A DNA stretch of 59,914 nucleotides. Origin: Synergistales bacterium (GTDB lineage: Bacteria; Synergistota; Synergistia; Synergistales; 79-D21). Under the pieces are notes generated by a model, which ran no database searches, had not been told where the DNA came from, and saw nothing but the letters and a program-made list of their open reading frames with translations. Shown in pieces: positions 28,002-37,084 of this stretch. How positions within the stretch are numbered: the first letter of the stretch is position 1; every line of letters begins with the position of its first letter. The translations under genes and the position numbers were made by a program. The stretch is from positions 1-59,914 of the forward strand of contig DAIMJI010000001.1 in the NCBI GenBank assembly GCA_036722335.1, read 5' to 3'.

Positions 28002-28038
28002 GAATCCCGCGCGGGAAGTTGCGGAAGGAGGGGACATC

Positions 28039-29571
28039 TTGGACGGAAAAGTCATCGCTTTGAACGGGCATTCCCTTTCCCTGGAGGACGTGGTTAACGT
28101 CGCCAGGGGAGGATACGGAGTCGCTCTGGACCCGGCAGCCGTCACCTTCGTGGAAAGGGGAGGACGCATCGTCAGGGAATGGGCCCGAAGCGGAAAGGTC
28201 ATCTATGGGATTACGACCGGCTTCGGAGACCTGGCCTCAATCTCTATTCCTCCAGAGCAAAGCGAACTCCTGCAGAAAAACCTCCTCCTGAGCCATGCCT
28301 CGGGCGTGGGAGAGCCCCTGGCGGAAGACGCCGTTCGAGCCATCATGCTGCTCCGGATCAACACCCTGACCCGGGGCTTTTCGGGAATAAGCCTTGAAAC
28401 CCTGACCCAGCTTGTCAACTTCCTGAACCTGGGAATCCACCCTGTCATCCCAAGCCAGGGCTCCGTAGGGGCAAGCGGGGATCTCTGCCCGCTTTCCCAC
28501 CTTGCCGTGACCCTTCTCGGTGAGGGAGAAGTCTTCTTCGGAGGCCGAAGGATGCCCACAGCCATGGCCCTGAAGGAAGCGGGGCTAAGGCCGGTTTCCC
28601 TTAAACCCAAGGAAGGGCTCGCCTTGAACAATGGCACCGCGTTCATGACCGGCCTCGCCGCCCTGGCGGTTCACGACGCTTCCATCCTTGCAAAGGTTGC
28701 GGACATCGCGGCCGCACTGTCACTGGAAGCCCTTCACGGGGTCCCTTACGCCTTTGACCCGAGAACTCACGCGCTGCGTCCCCATACAGGACAGAAGCTG
28801 GTTGCCGAAAACGTTCTCTCCTTGATCCGGGAAAGCGAAATCATCGAGCATTTCAAGGGGAACCGGGTACAGGACGCCTATTCCCTGCGCTGCGTGCCGC
28901 AGGTCCATGGCGCGAGCAGGGACGCGCTCGAATATGTCCGGAGCAAGATCGACCTTGAAATCAACTCCGTTACGGACAACCCCCTCATCTTCCCGGCTGA
29001 CGGAGTGGCGATCAGCGGAGGCAATTTCCATGGTCAACCCATCGCCCTGGCCATGGACTTCTTCGGAATCGCCGCCGCTGAGCTTGCGGACATCTCCGAA
29101 CGGCGGGTTGCCCGTCTCGTTGACCATAAGCTTTCCGGGCTTCCCCCGTTCCTCGTTAAAGAAAGCGGCCTTAACAGCGGGTTCATGATCCCGCAATACA
29201 CCTGCGCCGCGCTTGTTTCAGAGAACAAGGTGCTGGCCCATCCCGCCTCGGTTGATTCCATTCCTACCTCCGCCAGCCAGGAAGACCATGTTTCGATGGG
29301 CGCCCATGCTACGAGGAAAGCTAGCCAGATCCTGGAAAACGCTTTCAACGTGCTTTCCATTGAAATCCTCTGCGCGGCCCAGGGTATCGATTTCAGCCGC
29401 CCTCTCAAGCCTGGGATTGGAACCCTCGCCGCACACGAAACGGTCCGCAAGGTGGTCCCGTTCTACGAAAAGGACTGCCTCATGGAGCCCCTGATCCGGT
29501 CTGTCAGGGAGGTCACGACAACCGGCAAGCTGGTGTCCGATGTGGAAAACGCCATAGGGACGATCAACTGA
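28039..29571 (+). CDS. hutH: Histidine ammonia-lyase
   Basis: IYGITTGFG, GASGDL (MIO-forming ASG), KEGLALNNG, VQDAYSLRCVPQVHG, GGNFHG, EDHVSMG. TTG start. Confidence 0.95.
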   Translation: MDGKVIALNGHSLSLEDVVNVARGGYGVALDPAAVTFVERGGRIVREWARSGKVIYGITTGFGDLASISIPPEQSELLQKNLLLSHASGVGEPLAEDAVRAIMLLRINTLTRGFSGISLETLTQLVNFLNLGIHPVIPSQGSVGASGDLCPLSHLAVTLLGEGEVFFGGRRMPTAMALKEAGLRPVSLKPKEGLALNNGTAFMTGLAALAVHDASILAKVADIAAALSLEALHGVPYAFDPRTHALRPHTGQKLVAENVLSLIRESEIIEHFKGNRVQDAYSLRCVPQVHGASRDALEYVRSKIDLEINSVTDNPLIFPADGVAISGGNFHGQPIALAMDFFGIAAAELADISERRVARLVDHKLSGLPPFLVKESGLNSGFMIPQYTCAALVSENKVLAHPASVDSIPTSASQEDHVSMGAHATRKASQILENAFNVLSIEILCAAQGIDFSRPLKPGIGTLAAHETVRKVVPFYEKDCLMEPLIRSVREVTTTGKLVSDVENAIGTIN

Positions 29572-29593
29572 ACAGGGAAAAGAAGGGATCCTC

Positions 29594-30460
29594 ATGCAGC
29601 TTTTCCTGGAACAGATGCTCAACGGTCTGGCGATAGGGGCAATCTACGCCCTGATTACGCTTGGCTTGGCCCTTGTCTATGGAATCCTTCGGATACTCCA
29701 CGTCGCGCATGCCGCGGTGTACACGGTTGGCGCGTATGTCGGGTTGGCGATTTTCTCGGCCACGCACAGCCTCGCCCTTGCCGTGGCAGGCTCGATGGCG
29801 TTTTGCGCGGTGCTGGGAGTCCTGATCGAGCGGTTCGTCTATTTCCCGCTGCTGAAATACCCGCCGTACGTCCCCCTTATCGGGAGCATCGCCTGCCTTT
29901 TGGGCATCGAGGAACTCTGCCGCCTGGTAGCGGGCCCCTACATCCTCTCTTTCCCCGCGGAACTGCCGTTCCCCAGCTTTTCTGTGGGCGGGATCTACAT
30001 TTCCTCGACGCTTTCGGCAGTTTACGGTATTAGTGCCGGGGTCCTGATCCTGCTCTGGATCCTGACGACGAAAACCGAACTGGGCCTGGCCATGCGCGCG
30101 ACTTCACAGGATATGGCGATCGCGAGTTCCGTGGGAATTAACAGCCACTGGATCATTTCGGTGACATTCATGATCGGTTCGGCCGTGGCGGCCATAGCAG
30201 GTATCCTGGTCGGCATCTACTATAACCAGGTTTACCCCTCAATGGGGGCCGTTCCGGCATACAAGACTCTCGCGCTGATCGTTGTCGGGGGACTGGGGTC
30301 CGTTCCAGGCGCGGTCCTGGCAGCCCTATTGCTAGGTATTTCAGAAACCCTGTTAATCGGTTATGCAGGCATCCCCCTTCCCCGTGACGCACTGGCCTTC
30401 ATCGCAATGATCGCGGTCCTTCTCTGGCGTCCCCAGGGACTCCTTGGCGGGCGCCGGTAA
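29594..30460 (+). CDS. livH: HAAT/LIV-family ABC transporter permease (LivH-like)
   Basis: NGLAIGAIYAL..LGL.LVYG, G.AMRA, GGLGSVPGA, RPQGLLG. Confidence 0.88.
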   Translation: MQLFLEQMLNGLAIGAIYALITLGLALVYGILRILHVAHAAVYTVGAYVGLAIFSATHSLALAVAGSMAFCAVLGVLIERFVYFPLLKYPPYVPLIGSIACLLGIEELCRLVAGPYILSFPAELPFPSFSVGGIYISSTLSAVYGISAGVLILLWILTTKTELGLAMRATSQDMAIASSVGINSHWIISVTFMIGSAVAAIAGILVGIYYNQVYPSMGAVPAYKTLALIVVGGLGSVPGAVLAALLLGISETLLIGYAGIPLPRDALAFIAMIAVLLWRPQGLLGGRR

Positions 30461-30476
30461 GGGGAGGAGGACGACC

Positions 30477-31361
30477 ATGAGCGATTATTCCATCACGATA
30501 GGCACGCTCATCACGATCCAGGCCATCGTCGCATGCGGCTTGAACGTGATCGTCGGCTATGCGGGCCAGATTTCCCTGGGACACGCCGCGTTTTTCGGTA
30601 TCGGTGCCTATTCTTCGGCACTTCTGACCACGTCGGCCGGGCTTTCCTTCTGGTCGGCCCTTCCGTTTGTCCTGCTCATTACGGGATTCATCGGCCTGGT
30701 ACTGGGCTTGCCCAGCCTTCGGCTAAAGGAGGATTTCCTGGCGATCACCACGATCGGGATCAATTTTATCGTGGTGTCGGTTTTCCTTTACGTCCCCTTT
30801 TTCGGGGGAGCCCTTGGAATTGGTGGAATCCCTAGGATTATCCTTCTGGGGCAAAGGCTTCGAGGCGCTCCATTCTTTTTCCTTTGCCTGGCCTTCCTGG
30901 GAATCGTGCAGGTCGTCAGCTGGCTTTTCACGCAAAGCTGGTCAGGGTTGGCCTGCTTCGCCCTCCGGGAGGACGAAGCAGCGGCAGCCAGCATGGGAGT
31001 ATCCCCCGTCCGCTTCAAGCTCGCGGCCTTCATTCTCGGGACCGCCATGGCGGGACTTGGGGGGGCTCTCTACGCCCATTTCATGCGGTTCATCAGCGCG
31101 ACCGACTTCGGCTTCCCCATGTCTGTCATGATCCTCTCGATGGTCGTCCTCGGGGGAATGGGTACCCTGTGGGGCCCGGTCCTTGGTGCCATCGTGCTGG
31201 GAATGCTTCCGGAGATTTTCCGGCCCTTGACCGATTACCGCATGTTCCTTTACGCAGCTCTCCTTCTCCTGATGATCCGGTTCCAACCAGGAGGGCTCCT
31301 GGGAGAAAGCAGCCTTGCGAAACAAGTCTTTTCCCGGGTTAGGGGGGGAAAAGTGGAATGA
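30477..31361 (+). CDS. livM: HAAT/LIV-family ABC transporter permease (LivM-like)
   Basis: GYAGQISLGHAAFFGIGAY, REDEAAA.SMGV, VLGGMGT, PGGLLG. ATG at 30477. Confidence 0.88.
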   Translation: MSDYSITIGTLITIQAIVACGLNVIVGYAGQISLGHAAFFGIGAYSSALLTTSAGLSFWSALPFVLLITGFIGLVLGLPSLRLKEDFLAITTIGINFIVVSVFLYVPFFGGALGIGGIPRIILLGQRLRGAPFFFLCLAFLGIVQVVSWLFTQSWSGLACFALREDEAAAASMGVSPVRFKLAAFILGTAMAGLGGALYAHFMRFISATDFGFPMSVMILSMVVLGGMGTLWGPVLGAIVLGMLPEIFRPLTDYRMFLYAALLLLMIRFQPGGLLGESSLAKQVFSRVRGGKVE

Positions 31362-32125
31362 GCGAGCCTCTTCTCAGCCTAAAGGAAGTCTCTATGCATT
31401 TTGGTGGGCTGAAGGCCCTGGACCGCATTTCTTTTGAGCTTCACGAAGGGGAAATCCTGGGCTTGATCGGCCCAAACGGGGCAGGAAAGACGACCTGTTT
31501 CAACACCATTTCGGGAGTCTACCGGCCAACGGCAGGAATGATCCTCTTCGGGGGGGTAAGGACCGACGGACTGCCTCCACAAAGAATGGCCGCCCTGGGC
31601 ATCGGGCGAACCTTCCAGATCGTACGGCCTTTCCCCAACCTTACTGTCCTGGAAAACGTCATCGTTGCCCTCGGGCTGGGCTGCTACCGGGGAATCATCC
31701 CTTCGTGCAGTTCCTGGAGAGGTAAAGTGACCCGGGAAAAGGCGATGGAACTCCTTTCGAAAGTCGGCCTGAAGGACGCCGCAACGCAAAAGGCGGGACT
31801 GCTTCCCTTGGGGAACCTGCGCAGGCTTGAACTTGCACGTGCTCTTGCGCTGAACCCCAGGCTCCTGCTCCTGGACGAATCCTTTTCCGGCTTGCGCCAC
31901 GAGGAAATATCCATGCAGGAACAACTCGTTCGACAGACTCGTGCAAGCGGCATCTCGGTCCTCCTTATCGAGCACAACATGCGTGTGGCAATGGGTCTTT
32001 CAGACAGGCTGGTCGTTTTGGACCATGGGCTGAAGCTCGCCGAAGGGAAACCCGAGAGCATACGCAAGAACCCCGACGTCATCCGGGCCTACCTGGGCAA
32101 GGGGGATGAACAGGATGCTGCTTGA
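31358..32125 (+). CDS. livG: ABC transporter ATP-binding protein (LivG-like)
   Basis: GPNGAGKTT, RTFQ, LLLLDE, IEHNM, V..AYLG. Confidence 0.9.
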   Translation: MSEPLLSLKEVSMHFGGLKALDRISFELHEGEILGLIGPNGAGKTTCFNTISGVYRPTAGMILFGGVRTDGLPPQRMAALGIGRTFQIVRPFPNLTVLENVIVALGLGCYRGIIPSCSSWRGKVTREKAMELLSKVGLKDAATQKAGLLPLGNLRRLELARALALNPRLLLLDESFSGLRHEEISMQEQLVRQTRASGISVLLIEHNMRVAMGLSDRLVVLDHGLKLAEGKPESIRKNPDVIRAYLGKGDEQDAA

Positions 32126-32825
32126 TGTCCGCGACCTTCGGATCGCCTACCGTGACATTGAGGCGGTCCACGATGTTTCTTTTTGCGTCGAAGAGGGGGA
32201 ACTCGTCTCGATCATCGGGGCCAATGGAGCCGGGAAGAGTTCCATCCTGAACGCCCTGATGGGTATCGTGCCGGTCAAGGCTGGCTCCATCCGCTATAGG
32301 GAAGAGGAAATTTCAGGGTTGCCCGCTCATGTTCGAGCCCGGAAGGGCATACGGATCGTCCCTGAAAGGGCACGTGTCTTCCCCAGGTTGACCGTCCGGG
32401 AAAATCTCAAGACGGGCCTGTACGGGATCCACGATGCGCGGAAGGAAAAGGAACGGCTTGAATGGCTTTTCGAACTTTTCCCGATACTCGAGGAAAGAAG
32501 CAACCAGGACGCCGTGACTCTTTCCGGGGGTGAACAGCAACAGTTGGCGATCGCGAGAGCCCTTGTCTCGGACCCACAGCTCCTGCTGGTGGACGAGGTT
32601 TCGATGGGACTCATGCCGAAGCTCGTCAACCAGGTGTTCGAGGTTCTGCAGCATTTAAACCGGGAGAAGGGGTTGACGATCCTGCTTGTCGAGCAAAATG
32701 CCCTTGCGTCTCTCGAGATATCCAAGCGGTCCTACGTTCTTGAAACGGGAAAGATACAGTTCGAGGGGCCTTCGATGGCAATAAGGGATGACCCAAGGGT
32801 GCGGGAAGCTTACCTGGGCCTGTAG
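32115..32825 (+). CDS. livF: ABC transporter ATP-binding protein (LivF-like)
   Basis: GANGAGKS, LSGGEQQ, LLVDE.SMGL.P, VEQNA, AYLG. Start 32115, alternative 32106. Confidence 0.9.
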   Translation: MLLDVRDLRIAYRDIEAVHDVSFCVEEGELVSIIGANGAGKSSILNALMGIVPVKAGSIRYREEEISGLPAHVRARKGIRIVPERARVFPRLTVRENLKTGLYGIHDARKEKERLEWLFELFPILEERSNQDAVTLSGGEQQQLAIARALVSDPQLLLVDEVSMGLMPKLVNQVFEVLQHLNREKGLTILLVEQNALASLEISKRSYVLETGKIQFEGPSMAIRDDPRVREAYLGL

Positions 32826-32878
32826 GGTCCTCCCTGCGACACGGAAAGCACATAATCTTAATCCGGGAGGTGTTCGTA

Positions 32879-34033
32879 ATGCGTGGTTTCAGGATTTCGG
32901 TGGTTGCCCTTCTCCTTATTTCCCTTTTCGCCGGCGGTGCCCTTGCGGCGGACACCGTGAAGATCGGGATGCTTGCGCCCCTGACCGGTTTTGCCGCAGC
33001 GGACGGGACAAGTGCATTGAACTCCGTCAGGATCGCTGTCGACCAGGTCAACTCAAAGGGAGGGATTCTTGGGAAGAAAGTCCAGCTCGTCGTCTACGAT
33101 GACAGGGCTGATGCGAAGGAAGCCGTCGCACTTGCCTACAAGCTGATCGAGCAGGACAAGATTTCCGCCTTCGTCGCCGGATCCTACAGCCTTCCCTCGA
33201 GGGCCGTGGCCCCCATCTTCCAGGAGGAAAAAATCCCCCTCGTCGCAGCCTACGCAATTCACCCGGACGTGACGAAAGCCGGCGAATACTGTTTCCGGAA
33301 CGGTTTCCTCGGAACGGTTGAGGGAAAGGCCGCCGCCTACACCGCTCATAAACTCCTCAACGCGAAGACCGTCGCCCTTTTGACCAGCGACAACGATTTC
33401 GGGAGGACCCTCGTCGAGGGATTCAAGATGTACCAGGCTAAATTCGGCAAGGACATGAAAATCGTTTACGAACAGGCCTATCCCTTCAGCGAGAAGGACT
33501 TCAAGCCCTATCTCTCGAAGATCAAGGAAGCCAACCCGGACGTTATCTTTGCGAGCGGCTACTATTTCCAGACCGGTCCGCTCCTGAAACAGGCCCGTGA
33601 GCTTGGGATCAAGTCAAGGATCCTCGGTGAGGAAGGCGCCGATTCCCCGAAGCTCGCCGAGATTGCCGGCGAGGCAGCAGAGGGGTTCTACATTGTCACC
33701 AACTTTGACCGTGACGACCCCAGGCCTGTCGTGCAGAATTTCCTGAAGGAGTACCGCAAGCGTTTCAAGATCGAGCCCGACATGGTCGGAGCCTCCGCCT
33801 ACGACGCTTTCATGATCATCGTCGACGCCATGCAGAAGACCAAGACGGTTTCCAATCCTACAGCGATCCGCATGGCTATCTCCAAGACGACCAACTACGA
33901 CGGGCTCACGGGAATCATCAAGGGCTTCACGCACATCGGCGAAGTGGTCAAGCCCGTCCAGGTCCAGATCGTCAAGAACGGCCTTTTCAGGAGGTTCGGC
34001 ATCGTGGACGATCCGGAGCTCATCCGTCCCTAA
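32879..34033 (+). CDS. livK: ABC transporter substrate-binding protein (LivK/LivJ-like)
   Basis: Signal peptide; VKIG..APLTG, YDDRAD, DFKPYLSKIK..NPD, AYDA. GGAGGT RBS before ATG 32879. Confidence 0.88.
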   Translation: MRGFRISVVALLLISLFAGGALAADTVKIGMLAPLTGFAAADGTSALNSVRIAVDQVNSKGGILGKKVQLVVYDDRADAKEAVALAYKLIEQDKISAFVAGSYSLPSRAVAPIFQEEKIPLVAAYAIHPDVTKAGEYCFRNGFLGTVEGKAAAYTAHKLLNAKTVALLTSDNDFGRTLVEGFKMYQAKFGKDMKIVYEQAYPFSEKDFKPYLSKIKEANPDVIFASGYYFQTGPLLKQARELGIKSRILGEEGADSPKLAEIAGEAAEGFYIVTNFDRDDPRPVVQNFLKEYRKRFKIEPDMVGASAYDAFMIIVDAMQKTKTVSNPTAIRMAISKTTNYDGLTGIIKGFTHIGEVVKPVQVQIVKNGLFRRFGIVDDPELIRP

Positions 34034-34047
34034 CGGGAGATTCTCTT

Positions 34048-34079
34048 AGGGGTGTGCTCGAAACGGCACACCCCTTTTT
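34048..34079 (+). terminator. Intrinsic terminator-like hairpin between livK and hutU
   Basis: AGGGGTGTGC / GCACACCCCT 10-bp stem, 8-nt loop, followed by a T run. Confidence 0.75.
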
Positions 34080-34124
34080 ACTTCAGGAACCCGTCCAGGG
34101 TTCCCCATGGAGGTGCAAGGAAAC

Positions 34125-36155
34125 ATGAAGACCAACCTGGAAATCTCGAAAGCGATGACGATCAAGCTTGATGGCCCCCTGCCCTCGGCACCGGGCTTTG
34201 TCCCGGGAATACGCAGGGCACCGGACAGGGGATACACCCTTAGCCGCCAGGAAACGGAACTGGCCCTGAAAAACGCGCTCCGGTACGTTCCCGAGGAGTG
34301 GCACGAACAACTCGCCCCCGAGTTCATGGAAGAACTGCTGACAAGGGGGCGCATCTACGGTTACCGTTTCCGTCCGCAAGGGCGCATCTGGGGTCGCCCC
34401 ATCGACGATTACAAGGGCAGGACCGTCGAGGGCCGGGCCTTCCAGGTGATGATCGACAACAACCTTGATTTCGACGTGGCCCTCTATCCCTACGAACTCG
34501 TGACCTACGGTGAAACGGGACAGGTTTGCCAGAACTGGATGCAGTACAGGCTGATCATGAAGTACCTCGAAGTCATGACCGAAGAACAGACGCTGGTGGT
34601 GCAATCCGGGCATCCACTCGGGCTCTTCCGGTCGAAGCCGGATTCGCCCAGGGTCATCATCACGAACGGCCTCATGGTGGGCATGTTCGACACCCAGGAC
34701 GAATGGCACAGGGCGATGCAGCTCGGCGTTTCCAATTACGGGCAAATGACAGCTGGGGGATGGATGTACATCGGTCCCCAGGGCATCGTCCACGGAACGT
34801 TCAACACACTCCTGAACGCGGGGAGGCTCAAGCTTGGGCTTGGCCCGGAAGAGGACCTGGCCGGGCGCCTTTTCATTTCGTCGGGCCTCGGGGGAATGAG
34901 CGGCGCCCAGCCAAAAGCGGCGGAAATCGCGGGAGCGGCAGGGATTTTCGCTGAGGTGGACGCCTCGAGGATCGAGACGAGGCACAGCCAGGGATGGGTC
35001 TCCCGTGTCACTTCCAGCCTCGACGAGGCTTTTTCCATGGCGGAAAGAGCCATCAAGGAAGGAAAGCCGCTTTCCATCGCCTACCATGGAAACATCGTCG
35101 ACCTCCTGGAATACGCGGTGAAAAACGGCAAGAAGGTCGAACTCCTTTCGGACCAGACCTCCTGCCACGCCCCCTACGACGGGGGCTACTGCCCGCAGGG
35201 GCTTTCGTTCGAGCAACGGACAGCCCTGCTTGCCACGGATCGGGCGGAGTACCGACGACGGGTGGATGAAAGTCTCAGGAAGCATTTTTCCCTGGTGAAG
35301 GCGCTCGTGGAAAGGGGAACCTACTTCTTCGACTACGGGAACTCGTTCATGAAGGCGGTTTTCGACGCCGGGGTGAAGGAAATCGCCAGGAACGGGCATG
35401 ACGAGCTCGACGGGTTCATCTTCCCCTCCTACGTGGAGGACATCATGGGCCCCATGCTCTTCGACTACGGGTACGGCCCCTTCAGGTGGGTCTGCCTCAG
35501 CGGAAGGCACGAGGACCTCGTGAAGACCGACCGGGCCGCGATGGATTGCATCGACCCCACCCGGAGGGGACAGGACCGCGACAACTGGATCTGGATCCGG
35601 GATGCCGAGAAGAACGCCCTGGTGGTCGGGACCCAGGCCCGCATCCTCTACCAGGATGCCGAGGGGCGGATGCGGATCGCCCACCGCTTCAACGAAATGG
35701 TGAGACAGCGGGAAATCGGCCCCGTGATGATGGGACGGGACCACCACGACGTTTCGGGCACGGATTCTCCTTTCCGCGAAACGGCCAACATCAAGGACGG
35801 GAGTTCGATCATGGCCGACATGTCCACTCACTGCTTCGCGGGCAACGCCGCCAGGGGCATGAGCCTTGTGGCCCTGCACAACGGCGGGGGAGTGGGAATC
35901 GGGAAGGCCGTCAACGGCGGCTTCGGGCTGGTCCTCGACGGAAGCGACAAGGCAGACCAGGCCATTGATCTCTCCCTGGCGTGGGATGTCATGGGAGGAG
36001 TGGCGAGACGGGCCTGGGCGAGGAACGGGAACGCCCTGTCCACAAGCATGGAGTACAACATGAACCGCGCGGGAACGGATCACATCACGCTGCCTTTCAT
36101 TCCCGACGATAGCCTTGTCCGCAAGACTGTGGACAGCGCGCTAGGGGAGGAATAG
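34125..36155 (+). CDS. hutU: Urocanate hydratase (long type, about 676 aa)
   Basis: MIDNNLD, ELVTYG, GQMTAG.WMYIGPQGIVHGT, GLGGMSGAQ, SDQTSCH, GRDHHD.SG, HNGGGVG. ATG at 34125 follows GGAGGT. Confidence 0.96.
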   Translation: MKTNLEISKAMTIKLDGPLPSAPGFVPGIRRAPDRGYTLSRQETELALKNALRYVPEEWHEQLAPEFMEELLTRGRIYGYRFRPQGRIWGRPIDDYKGRTVEGRAFQVMIDNNLDFDVALYPYELVTYGETGQVCQNWMQYRLIMKYLEVMTEEQTLVVQSGHPLGLFRSKPDSPRVIITNGLMVGMFDTQDEWHRAMQLGVSNYGQMTAGGWMYIGPQGIVHGTFNTLLNAGRLKLGLGPEEDLAGRLFISSGLGGMSGAQPKAAEIAGAAGIFAEVDASRIETRHSQGWVSRVTSSLDEAFSMAERAIKEGKPLSIAYHGNIVDLLEYAVKNGKKVELLSDQTSCHAPYDGGYCPQGLSFEQRTALLATDRAEYRRRVDESLRKHFSLVKALVERGTYFFDYGNSFMKAVFDAGVKEIARNGHDELDGFIFPSYVEDIMGPMLFDYGYGPFRWVCLSGRHEDLVKTDRAAMDCIDPTRRGQDRDNWIWIRDAEKNALVVGTQARILYQDAEGRMRIAHRFNEMVRQREIGPVMMGRDHHDVSGTDSPFRETANIKDGSSIMADMSTHCFAGNAARGMSLVALHNGGGVGIGKAVNGGFGLVLDGSDKADQAIDLSLAWDVMGGVARRAWARNGNALSTSMEYNMNRAGTDHITLPFIPDDSLVRKTVDSALGEE

Positions 36156-36160
36156 TCATT

Positions 36161-37084
36161 ATGGGCGGGAAACTCGTCGAATGCGTACCGAATTTCAGCG
36201 AGGGCAGGAGAACCGACGTCATCGAGTCGATCGTGGAAGCTTTCAGGAACAGGCCAGGGTGCACCCTTTTCGATTATCGTGCAGACCCTGATCACAACCG
36301 CCTTGTCGTGAGTCTCGCGGGAGAACCCGACGCGCTTGCGGAAGCCTTGCTCAAAGCCGCGGAAAGGGCCGTCAGGCATATCGACATGAACCACCACGAA
36401 GGAGCGCATCCGAGGATCGGGGCGGTCGACGTCATCCCCTTCACGCCCGTCCACGGAATTTCAATGGAGGAATGTGTCCGTTTCTCACGGGATTTCGGCA
36501 AACTCTACAACGAGAGAACCGGCATACCGGTCTACTATTACGAGGACTCGGCGCTAAGGCCTGAAAGATCGCGGCTTGAGGTCATCCGCAAGGGACAGTA
36601 CGAGGCGCTGAAGGAAGAATCGACCAGGCCCGAAAGGTTGCCCGACGTAGGCGGCCCGGCGCTGCATCCGACCGCAGGCGCGACGGTTATCGGGGCTCGC
36701 AAGTTCCTGGTCGCATTCAACGTGAACTTGAGAACGCGTGACCTTTCTGTGGCCAAGCAAATCGCCCAGGCGGTTCGCGCCTCGAGCGGAGGCCTATGCG
36801 CCGTCAAGGGAATCGGGGTCGCCCTTGAGGACAAGGGCATGGTCCAGGTCAGCATGAACATTGTGGATTACGAAAAGAACGCCCTATACAGGGTTCTCGA
36901 AATGATCCGCTTTGAAGCCCGCCGATGGGGAATCGAGGTTGCCGAGACGGAGATCTACGGCATGATACCTGCCCGGGCCCTGCTCGAAAGCGCGGCCTAC
37001 TACCTGCAGGTCGCCGGCTTCGACCCCCTCCAGGTCCTGGAACTCAAACTCCTGGAGCGGATGGGGACGGAGGAAAAGGAATGA
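36161..37084 (+). CDS. ftcD: Glutamate formiminotransferase
   Basis: VECVPNFSEGR, DPDHNR, HPRIGAVDVIPF, RKGQYE, AFNVNL, QVSMN. Confidence 0.93.
   Translation: MGGKLVECVPNFSEGRRTDVIESIVEAFRNRPGCTLFDYRADPDHNRLVVSLAGEPDALAEALLKAAERAVRHIDMNHHEGAHPRIGAVDVIPFTPVHGISMEECVRFSRDFGKLYNERTGIPVYYYEDSALRPERSRLEVIRKGQYEALKEESTRPERLPDVGGPALHPTAGATVIGARKFLVAFNVNLRTRDLSVAKQIAQAVRASSGGLCAVKGIGVALEDKGMVQVSMNIVDYEKNALYRVLEMIRFEARRWGIEVAETEIYGMIPARALLESAAYYLQVAGFDPLQVLELKLLERMGTEEKE

Noticed and set aside
31342-31348. G7 run at the livM 3' end as a phase-variation site
   Set aside because: Short, encodes RGG, and doubles as the livG RBS; not enough to suggest slippage.
34083-36083. 666-aa antisense ORF opposite hutU
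   Set aside because: It mirrors hutU codon for codon and has no recognisable motifs. Strong C/G third-position bias removes TTA/CTA/TCA, which explains long shadow ORFs.
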